In this document: piece by piece, positions 27,721 to 35,159 of the stretch | Layout of the letters: every line of letters starts with the position of its first letter | Position numbering within the stretch: position 1 is the stretch's first letter | Source of the DNA: an uncultured Thermus sp. | GTDB taxonomy: Bacteria > Deinococcota > Deinococci > Deinococcales > Thermaceae | Direction: 5' to 3' | Assembly: GCA_947085095.1 (NCBI GenBank) | Contig: CAMTVD010000014.1 | Span: 128,001 to 192,000, forward strand | DNA length: 64,000 bases | Translations under genes and position numbers: made by a program | The notes under the pieces: model-generated | The model's input: only the letters and a program-made list of their open reading frames with translations | The model's database searches: none | What the model was told of the DNA's origin: nothing

Positions 27721-27741
27721 GGCTCCAGAGGGTTTGGTAGC

Positions 27742-28914
27742 CTACCCCTCCTCGGGAAGCTTCCTGCCCGCATAAAGGGCCAGGGCGTAAAAGGAGGCCG
27801 CCAGAAGGAATAGGGCGGGAAACCCCAGCCGGTCGGAAAGGTACCCGCCGAGGACCGTGGAGAAGGCGAAGAAGCCGGCCAGGGTGTTGGCGAGGCCGAT
27901 GGAGGCGCTTCTTTCCTCCGGGGGGGCCAGGTTGAGGAGGTAGGTGGTGGTGGCGAGGCCGAGGGCGGCCAGGTAGGCCCCCTGGAGGAGGAAGACCAGG
28001 CCAAAGGCGGAAGGGGGGAGGAGGAGGGCCAGAAGGGGGGTGAGGAGGGCCAGAGCGGCCCCCATCTGCAACACCCCCTTGGAACCCCTCTCCGCCAGCC
28101 TGGCCCATAGGAGGTTGGAGAGGGTGAAGGCCAGGGCGTAAAGGGCCAGGTAGAGGCCGAGCTCCTCCTTCTGCCCCAGGATCCGCACCGCGTAGACCGC
28201 GTAAAAGGGCTCGGCCATCCCTGCCAGGCCCAGAAGGAGGCGGACCCTCAGGTAGCGGCGGAACCCCGGGCGCTTTAGGGGCGTCCCCAGGTCCAGCCGG
28301 GCCTCCTTGGGGGGCTCCTCGGGTTCCTCCGTGAGGCCAAACAGGTACCAGCCCAGGCCAAAGGCCAGGGCCCCCAGGGCGAAGAGCAAGGCGTAGGGCA
28401 GGGGGAAAGGGAGGGAAAGGGCCAGGACCTCCCGCACCAAAAAGCCTGCCAGGAAGGCGAGAAACCCTCCCACCAGGTTGCGGGCGCTGAAGAGAGCGGC
28501 CCGCTTTTCCACCGGCGTGGTCTTGGCCACCACCTCCCAGAAGGGGAGGCTACTGACCCCGGTGAAGAGGGCGTTCAGGAGGAGACCCAGGAGAAAGCTT
28601 GTGAGGAGGAGGGTGGGGTTTTGCCCGAAGAGGAAGGCGGAGAAGGCCATGAGGACCACCCCGGAAAGCCTCAGGGCGGCCACCCGCCGGTAAAGGACGA
28701 TCTTCCGGGGCAGGCGGGCCACCCAGGGGGCTAGAAAGGCCTGGGGGATCATGCCCCCCGCCTGCAGGAGGGCGGGGAGGAGGCCGATCAGGGCTCCCGG
28801 GGCCCCCAGCTTGGCGGCGAAGCCGGAGAGGACGATGTTGGGGTTCAAGAAGGTGTCCCCCAGCCACACCAGCCAGCCGTTTACCACCGCCAGGCGGTAG
28901 TTTTTCTCCCGCAG
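27742..28914 (-). CDS. MFS transporter (start uncertain, possibly CTG 28914)
   Basis: Twelve-TM pattern, NYRLAVVNG...F..PNIVLSGF, LNLAPPEERSASIG. Confidence 0.85.
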   Translation of the reverse strand: MREKNYRLAVVNGWLVWLGDTFLNPNIVLSGFAAKLGAPGALIGLLPALLQAGGMIPQAFLAPWVARLPRKIVLYRRVAALRLSGVVLMAFSAFLFGQNPTLLLTSFLLGLLLNALFTGVSSLPFWEVVAKTTPVEKRAALFSARNLVGGFLAFLAGFLVREVLALSLPFPLPYALLFALGALAFGLGWYLFGLTEEPEEPPKEARLDLGTPLKRPGFRRYLRVRLLLGLAGMAEPFYAVYAVRILGQKEELGLYLALYALAFTLSNLLWARLAERGSKGVLQMGAALALLTPLLALLLPPSAFGLVFLLQGAYLAALGLATTTYLLNLAPPEERSASIGLANTLAGFFAFSTVLGGYLSDRLGFPALFLLAASFYALALYAGRKLPEEG

Positions 28915-28930
28915 GTCTAAGATGGTAAGG

Positions 28931-29890
28931 ATGCTGCTTTTACCCTCCCTCGGGCCCTTCCACATCCTGCACCCACGCTACAACGCCGCCACGGTCCTGG
29001 CCATCCTGGAGAAGGCCCGCCCCCCGGTCCTCTACCTGGCCTCCCTCTCGGAGGAGGACCTGAAGACAGGGCGCTGGCGGGAGGAGGACCCCCTTCTCTT
29101 CCACCTCCTCCCCTGGGCGGAGGACCGGGGTGTCCCCGTGGTGGCCCTGGACGAGGAGGCCCACCTCAAAGGGGAGGCGGAGGCCTTCCGCGAGGCGCTG
29201 GCCCAGCACCCCCTGGGCAAGCCCTACCTGGAGCGCATGGCCGCTTACGAGGAAGCCCTTCTGGCCCTCCTCAAGACCCCCCTTACCCCCGGGGTCTTGG
29301 GCTCGCCGGACTACCTGGCCAGGCTGAAGGCGGCGTATGGGGGCTTTGTCCAAGCCTTTGGCGAGGGCCCGGCCACGGGCTTCCGCGAGCGGCGCATGGC
29401 CAAGGTGGTGGAGGCCCTAAAGGGGAAGGATGGGGCGGTGATCGCCGAGGTCCTGGACTACCCCTTCCTGGCCGAGGCTTTTCCGGATGCCCTTCCCGGG
29501 GAGCACGAGCCCACGGAGGCGGAAAGGGAGCGGGCCCTCTTGGACCGGGCCTGGCAGCTTCGGGAGGGGGACGACTGGGCGGGGCTTCTGGAGGGGCTTT
29601 TCGCCCTTGGTAGCCCGGAGGCCCTTTATCTGGCGGCCCAGGTTTACCTGGGGGCGGGGGAGTGGCGGGAGGCCCTAAGCCTCATGGAGGAGGTCTTCCG
29701 CATGGATTTCCAGCACCCGGAATACCTCCCGGGCTATGTCCTCGCCCGCTTCGGCCAGCTTCTGGACCTGGCCGGGGAGCGGGAAAGGGCCATCAGGGCC
29801 TACCGGGGGGTCTTGGCCCTCTCCTGGACCCCGGAGGAGGCCCGGGCCATCGCCCAGGCGGGCCTGAGGACCCCTTTCCGGTTGGCTTAG
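28931..29890 (+). CDS. Hypothetical protein with C-terminal TPR-like helices
   Basis: TAAGAT-N7-ATG; ALYLAAQVYLGAGEWREAL and LARFGQLLDLAGERERAIRAY TPR patterns. Confidence 0.8.
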   Translation: MLLLPSLGPFHILHPRYNAATVLAILEKARPPVLYLASLSEEDLKTGRWREEDPLLFHLLPWAEDRGVPVVALDEEAHLKGEAEAFREALAQHPLGKPYLERMAAYEEALLALLKTPLTPGVLGSPDYLARLKAAYGGFVQAFGEGPATGFRERRMAKVVEALKGKDGAVIAEVLDYPFLAEAFPDALPGEHEPTEAERERALLDRAWQLREGDDWAGLLEGLFALGSPEALYLAAQVYLGAGEWREALSLMEEVFRMDFQHPEYLPGYVLARFGQLLDLAGERERAIRAYRGVLALSWTPEEARAIAQAGLRTPFRLA

Positions 29891-29938
29891 GGATGGACTG
29901 GGTCATTTGCCCCGTCTTCAGGGGGTTATGCTCAAGGC

Positions 29939-30355
29939 ATGGAGGTGGAGATCCGCCGCGCCCGGCACGCCCAGTACCTGCGCCTGGCCGCGGCCCACGC
30001 CGGGCCCCTGGGGCCCGCCCTCCTGGGCCACCCGGAGCTGGCCCCCCTGTACGAGCAAGCCTACGCCACCTGCTCCGGGGCCCCGGGCTTTCCCTGCCAG
30101 GGGGTGGGGGGGGAGCCCAGGGTCTGCCTGGTGCGGCGGCTGGAACACCTGGCGCGAAGCGCCCTGAGGGGTGGGAAAAGGCGGCGGGAGCAGGAGAAGC
30201 AGGTGGTGGAAGGGCTCATCGCGTGCATGATCCACCTGAAGGGAGAGTTTCCTCCGCAGTTCCTGCCGGTCCTCGAGGCCACCCAGACTTTTTTGGAGAA
30301 AGATCTAGGATACCTCCGGGGAGAAACCTCCCCGGAGACGCTCACCCGCCCCTAG
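29939..30355 (+). CDS. Hypothetical protein (Cys-containing)
   Basis: TATGCT-N6-ATG; CSGAPGFPC...RVC; Thermus-like codons. Confidence 0.7.
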   Translation: MEVEIRRARHAQYLRLAAAHAGPLGPALLGHPELAPLYEQAYATCSGAPGFPCQGVGGEPRVCLVRRLEHLARSALRGGKRRREQEKQVVEGLIACMIHLKGEFPPQFLPVLEATQTFLEKDLGYLRGETSPETLTRP

Positions 30356-30552
30356 AGCAGGTGGTACATGCGGCCCAGGATCAGCATGATGGCCACGGTG
30401 GCCGCGGAGAGGATGATGAGGGCCAGCATGAAGAGAATGAAGCGCAGGTCAAAGGTTTCTCCTTCCGTGGTGAGGACCCGGGGGTTCAAGATCAGGTAGA
30501 AAAGCAGGGTTACCAGAGCCGCTCCTAGAGCGAAAAGGACAATATAGACCAT
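30352..30552 (-). CDS. Small two-TM membrane protein (66 aa)
   Basis: GGGAGGGAG RBS before ATG 30552; MVYIVLFALGAALVTLLFYLILNPR... Confidence 0.75.
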   Translation of the reverse strand: MVYIVLFALGAALVTLLFYLILNPRVLTTEGETFDLRFILFMLALIILSAATVAIMLILGRMYHLL

Positions 30553-30563
30553 ATCTCCCTCCC

Positions 30564-31187
30564 TTACCAGAGGCTGAGAAGCGCCTCTAGACTTGGCCTC
30601 AAGTTTACCAGCCCTACCCCGTAGGTGGGAATCCCCAGGGCCCGGCCCACCGCCCCCAGGTAAGGGCCTTCCCCCTGGGGTAGGGAAAGGGGCAAGGGTG
30701 GGCTTTCCCAGGCGGCGTAGGCCCGCACCTCCTTGTAGACCAGGCCCGTGGGGGCTTGGACGTGGAGGACCAGGGGCTCCTCCAAAGCTTCCAGGGGTTT
30801 CCACCCCCCTGGGGTCTCCTTGCCTCCCGGAAAGTGGACCCCCAGACCCTCCCCGGGGAAGGCCAGGAGGAGGCGGTTTGGCCGGTGGGTCTTCAGGAGG
30901 TGCTCCAAGGGGGGGCGGGTGGGGCCGCTGAGGGGAAGTTCCTCTAGGGTGGGGGAGAGAGGGGAGGGGTCCAGGGCCAGGAGGAGGCGTCCCCGAAAAG
31001 CCAGGCCGTTTAGGGATTGGAGCACAGGGATGGCCTCGGTGTAGGGAGCGTAGAGGAGAAGGGTGCTCCCGCCCCGATGCCCCTCCAGGTAGCAGAGGAG
31101 GGTGCCAAACTCGTCTATGGCGGCCCGAAGGTGCTCGGAGAGGATCTCTAGGTCCCGGGAGAGGCTTTCCAGAAGTTCGGAAGCCAT
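30564..31187 (-). CDS. Hypothetical protein
   Basis: TAGCAT-N6-ATG; weak resemblance to a degenerate M20/M42 peptidase fold. Confidence 0.7.
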   Translation of the reverse strand: MASELLESLSRDLEILSEHLRAAIDEFGTLLCYLEGHRGGSTLLLYAPYTEAIPVLQSLNGLAFRGRLLLALDPSPLSPTLEELPLSGPTRPPLEHLLKTHRPNRLLLAFPGEGLGVHFPGGKETPGGWKPLEALEEPLVLHVQAPTGLVYKEVRAYAAWESPPLPLSLPQGEGPYLGAVGRALGIPTYGVGLVNLRPSLEALLSLW

Positions 31188-31210
31188 GGGTTCATGCTAT
31201 CCTAAACCCC

Positions 31211-31933
31211 GTGCGCTACCTGGTCCTCTCGGATATCCACGGGAACTGGCCCGCCCTCGAGGCCGTCTTGCAAGAGGCCCCGGCCTTTGACCGGGTCCTC
31301 TTCCTGGGGGATGCGGTGGGCTACTACCCGGACGGGGACCGGGTTTTGGACTGGCTTCTGGAGGTGGAGGCCACCTGCGTCCTGGGCAACCACGATGCCT
31401 GGCTTCTGGCCCTGGACCGCCTGCCCTTGGAGGGGGTGGTCCTGGAGATCCTGGCCTGGCAGCGGGCGCATCTGGCCCCCCGACACCTGGAGTTTCTGGC
31501 CTCCTGGCCCTGGCGGAGGGAGGAGGCGGGGGCGCTTCTCGTCCACGGAAGCCCCTGCGACCCCCTGGAGTACCTGGACGACCTCCCCCTGGCCCGGGAG
31601 GCCTTTGCCTGCACCGAGGCCCGCCTTGCCTTTCACGGGCACACCCACCTGGCGGGGGCCTTTTTGGAGCTCCAGGGGCCCAAGCCCTGGGTCCGCTACC
31701 AGGCCTTTCCCGAGGGGGGGGAGCTCATCCTGCCCCCCACGGTGCGGGCCTTGGCCAACCCTGGATCCGTGGGCCAGCCCCGGGACGGGGTTCCGGGGGC
31801 GGCCTTCGCCCTTTGGGAAGGGGATCGCCTGGAGTACTTCCGGGTAAGCTACGATCTGGAGAGGGTGAGGCAGCGCCTAGAGGAGGAGGGGTTCCCCACG
31901 TGGCTCCACACCCGGCTCACCCAGGGGGCATAA
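31211..31933 (+). CDS. Metallophosphoesterase (calcineurin-like)
   Basis: SDIHGN, GDAVGY, GNHD, HGS, GHTH, NPGSVGQPRDG. Confidence 0.95.
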   Translation: MRYLVLSDIHGNWPALEAVLQEAPAFDRVLFLGDAVGYYPDGDRVLDWLLEVEATCVLGNHDAWLLALDRLPLEGVVLEILAWQRAHLAPRHLEFLASWPWRREEAGALLVHGSPCDPLEYLDDLPLAREAFACTEARLAFHGHTHLAGAFLELQGPKPWVRYQAFPEGGELILPPTVRALANPGSVGQPRDGVPGAAFALWEGDRLEYFRVSYDLERVRQRLEEEGFPTWLHTRLTQGA

Positions 31934-32709
31934 TCGGCCACGAGGCCATCCTGGATCTCCTTCCGAGGCTTCGGGCCTCCACCCTTCTCTTCTCCGGCCC
32001 CGAGGGGGTGGGAAGGCGGACCGTGGCCCGTTGGTACGCCCTGGGCCTGAACCGGGGCTTTCCCCCGCCTCCTTTGGAGGCCCATCCCGACCTCCTGGAG
32101 ATCGGCCCCAAGGAGAGGGGGCTTCGGGGCCAGGCGGAGGTGCGCCTCGAGGAGGTGGAGCCCCTCTTCACCTGGTTTCAAAGCTACCCCCGGGAGCGGG
32201 TCAAGGTGGCCATCCTGGACGCCGCCCACCTCCTCACCGAGGCCGCCGCTAACGCTCTCCTAAAGCTTCTAGAGGAGCCCCCCGCCTACGGGCGCCTCAT
32301 CCTCATCGCTCCAAGCCGGGAAACCCTCCTTCCCACCCTGGCCAGCCGGGCCCTGGAGGTGGCCTTCGGCCCGGTCCCCGAGGAGAGGCTTCGGGCCCTG
32401 ACCCAGGACCCGGACCTCCTGGCCTACGCCGCCGGGGCCCCGGGGCGGCTCCTCCGCGCCCTGGCCGATCCCCTGGCCTTCGGGGAGAGATTGAAGACGG
32501 CGAAGCGGGCCCTGGAGAGCCCCCCCTTGGAGCGCCTCCGGCTTCTCGGCGAGCTCCTTGCCGAAGAGGAAGGGTTTTACTTCCTCCACGCCCTGCTGCA
32601 GGGTAAGCCCCAGGCCCTTCTGGCCCTCGAGGAGGCCCGGGAGGCCCTAAGGGCTTATGTAAGCCCCGACCTGGTTCTGGCCCGCTTGGCCTTAGACTTA
32701 GAACCATGA
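31900..32709 (+). CDS. holB: DNA polymerase III delta' subunit
   Basis: IIGHE, LLFSGPEGVGR, HPD, AANALLKLLEEPP, LLPTLASRA; GTG 31900 after GAGGAGG. Confidence 0.92.
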   Translation: MAPHPAHPGGIIGHEAILDLLPRLRASTLLFSGPEGVGRRTVARWYALGLNRGFPPPPLEAHPDLLEIGPKERGLRGQAEVRLEEVEPLFTWFQSYPRERVKVAILDAAHLLTEAAANALLKLLEEPPAYGRLILIAPSRETLLPTLASRALEVAFGPVPEERLRALTQDPDLLAYAAGAPGRLLRALADPLAFGERLKTAKRALESPPLERLRLLGELLAEEEGFYFLHALLQGKPQALLALEEAREALRAYVSPDLVLARLALDLEP

Positions 32710-33473
32710 CCGTGGGCGTCCGCTTCCGCACCCCTGTCCTCCGCTACTTCCGCTTCCAGGGGGAGCCCCCTCCCCTGGAGGCCTACGTGGTGGTGCGCAC
32801 CAGCCGAGGCCTGGAGGTGGGCAAGGTGCGCACCCCCCCCAAACGGGAGAAGGAGGCGGGGGAGGTGGTGCGCCTGGCCACCAAGGAGGACCTGGACCGG
32901 GCGGCGAGGCTTAGGGCCCGGGGGGAGGAAGCCCTTTTCTACCTAAAGGCCCGCCTCAAGGAGGAAGGGGTGGCCGCCAAGGTCCTGGGATGCGACTTCA
33001 CCCTGGATGGCCGCCATCTCACCGTGCGCTACGCTGCGGAGGAGCGGGTAAACCTGAGGCGCTTTACCCGGGAGCTCCAGGAGCGTTTTCAGGCCCGGGT
33101 AGAGTTCCTGGCGGAGGGCCCTAGGGAGGAGGCCCAGTACCTGGGGGCCCTGGGGGCTTGCGGCATGGAGTCCTGTTGCTCCACCTGGCTCCAGGGCTTC
33201 GCCCAGGTGTCCATCAAGTTGGCCCGGGACCAGCAGCTTCCCCTTTCCCCGGAGAAGATCTCGGGCCCCTGCGGCCGACTCCTCTGCTGCCTGGCCTATG
33301 AGCACCCCGTCTACCAGGAGCTTTTGGTGGAACTGCCCAGGAAGAACGCCCGGGTCTGCACCAAGGCAGGGGTCTGTGGCAAGGTGCAGAAGGTGAACCC
33401 CCTAAAAGGCACCGTGGAGCTCCTCCTGGAGGACGGGAAGGGCCTGGAGGTGGCCAAGGAGGAGCTCCTATGA
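32706..33473 (+). CDS. ricT: PSP1/YaaT (RicT) family protein
   Basis: GACGMESCC, KLARDQQL..PEKISGPCGRLLCCLAYE; follows holB. Confidence 0.92.
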   Translation: MTVGVRFRTPVLRYFRFQGEPPPLEAYVVVRTSRGLEVGKVRTPPKREKEAGEVVRLATKEDLDRAARLRARGEEALFYLKARLKEEGVAAKVLGCDFTLDGRHLTVRYAAEERVNLRRFTRELQERFQARVEFLAEGPREEAQYLGALGACGMESCCSTWLQGFAQVSIKLARDQQLPLSPEKISGPCGRLLCCLAYEHPVYQELLVELPRKNARVCTKAGVCGKVQKVNPLKGTVELLLEDGKGLEVAKEELL

Positions 33474-34006
33474 GGTCTTATCCCGTTCAGGGCCCTCTGC
33501 CCGCCTTCTACCACTACTACCCCGGGGTCCCCGCCGTGGTGGGGGTAAGGGTTGGGGAAAAGGTGAACTTCTGCCCAGCGGTCTGGAACACGGGGCTTTC
33601 CGCTGACCCGCCCCTCTTCGGCGTGGCCATCAGCCCCAAGCGCTACACCCACGGCCTCCTCCGGGAGGCCAGGCGCTTCGCCGTGAGCTTCCTCCCCCAC
33701 ACCCAGGCGGCCTTGGTGCAGTGGCTGGGGAGCGTCTCTGGCCGGGAGGTGGACAAGGGAAGGGGCCCTCACTTCCTGGGCCACACCGGGGTGCCCATCC
33801 TGCAAGGGGCCTACGCCGCCTACGAGCTTGCCCTTCTGGAGGCCCGAAACTACGGGGACCACGACCTCTTCGTGGGCCGGGTGGTGGCGGTCTGGGAGGA
33901 GGAGGCCCTATTGGACGAAAAGGGAAGGCCCAAGCCCGGTCTCGCCCTCCTGTACTACGGCAAGGGCCTTTACGGCCGCCCGGAGGCGGAGGCTTTTGCC
34001 CCATGA
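33470..34006 (+). CDS. Flavin reductase family protein
   Basis: LSADPPL, GSVSGREVDK, GDHDLFVGRV. Confidence 0.92.
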   Translation: MRSYPVQGPLPAFYHYYPGVPAVVGVRVGEKVNFCPAVWNTGLSADPPLFGVAISPKRYTHGLLREARRFAVSFLPHTQAALVQWLGSVSGREVDKGRGPHFLGHTGVPILQGAYAAYELALLEARNYGDHDLFVGRVVAVWEEEALLDEKGRPKPGLALLYYGKGLYGRPEAEAFAP

Positions 34007-34260
34007 CCCAGGCGGAGGCCTTGGCCCGGAGGCTTCGCCGCCTGGTCCTGAACCGCCAGGGCACCGAGGCCCAGGTGTGGCTGGAGGAGGGCTTTTTCTA
34101 CCTGAGGCAGGACGGCCACGCCCAGTTCGCCCAGGGGGTCCTGCCCGAGGGCCTTTCCGGCTTCGCCCTCTTCCGGGGTGGGGTGGAGCTTTTCTTCCAA
34201 GACGGAAGCCGCCTTAGGCTCTTCTACCGCCTGGGGCGGCTTCGGCGCTACTTCTCGTAG
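34003..34260 (+). CDS. Hypothetical protein (85 aa)
   Basis: ATGA overlap with the flavin reductase; MTQAEALARRLRRLVLNRQG... Confidence 0.7.
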   Translation: MTQAEALARRLRRLVLNRQGTEAQVWLEEGFFYLRQDGHAQFAQGVLPEGLSGFALFRGGVELFFQDGSRLRLFYRLGRLRRYFS

Positions 34261-35159
34261 GGCTTGCCCACCGCCGCCGGGGGACGGCTTCTGCCGATGA
34301 ACCCCGCCAGCACCAGCACGGTGACCACGTAGGGGAAGGCCTGGACCAAGACGGCGGGGAGGATCTCCGTGCCCTGGAGCTGGATGGCGAGGGCGGAGGC
34401 GAAGCCGAAGAGGAGGGTGGAGAAGAGGATGCCCAAGGGGTGCCACTTGCCGAAGATCATGGCCGCCAGGGCGATGAAGCCCATCCCCGCCGACATCCCC
34501 CGCACGAACTGGTTGAGGAAGCCGATGGAGAGGTAGGCCCCGGCCAGGCCCGCCAGCACCCCGGAGAGGATGACCCCGGTGTAGCGCAGGCGGTAGACGT
34601 TCACTCCCAGGGTGTCGGCGGCCTCGGGGTGCTCCCCCACCGCCCGCAGGCGCAGGCCGAAGGGGGTCTTAAAGAGGACCCACCAGCTTAAGGGGACGAG
34701 GAGGAAGGCCAGGTAGACCAAGGGGGAGAGGCCCAGGATGAGGGGGAGGCGGTTGGCCACCTCCTGGGAGTTGGTGGCGTTGCCGTAGAAGTAGGTGAGG
34801 ACCAGGCTGGGGGCTCCCAGGGCCAGAAGGTTGATGGCGGTGGCGCTGATGATCTGGTCCGCCCGGTACTTGAGGGAAACCACGGCGTGCACGGCGGCCA
34901 CCAGGCCTCCCACCAGCATGGCCGAAAGGACCCCCACCCAAGGGAGCCAGGGGTGGGGTCCGGGGCCCAAAGCGGCCTCAAACCGCTCCACCACCACCGC
35001 CGCCGTAAGAGCCCCGAAGAGGATGATGCCCTCGAGGGCGATGTTCACCACCCCGCTCCTCTCCGAGAACATCCCCCCCAAGGCGGAGAAGAGAAGGGGG
35101 GTGGTCTGCCGCAGGGTGGAAAGGAAGAGGGCCACCCAAAAGGCTGTGTCCAGGTTCAT
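34248..35159 (-). CDS. ABC transporter permease (nucleoside/CUT2-like)
   Basis: SERSGVVNIALEG, TPFGLRLRAVGEHPEAADTLG, GFIALAAMIFGKW. Confidence 0.93.
   Translation of the reverse strand: MNLDTAFWVALFLSTLRQTTPLLFSALGGMFSERSGVVNIALEGIILFGALTAAVVVERFEAALGPGPHPWLPWVGVLSAMLVGGLVAAVHAVVSLKYRADQIISATAINLLALGAPSLVLTYFYGNATNSQEVANRLPLILGLSPLVYLAFLLVPLSWWVLFKTPFGLRLRAVGEHPEAADTLGVNVYRLRYTGVILSGVLAGLAGAYLSIGFLNQFVRGMSAGMGFIALAAMIFGKWHPLGILFSTLLFGFASALAIQLQGTEILPAVLVQAFPYVVTVLVLAGFIGRSRPPAAVGKPYEK

Noticed and set aside
31900..33473. Short HolB lacking a zinc finger, next to ricT
   Set aside because: A short delta' is known for Thermus, and holB-yaaT linkage is widespread.
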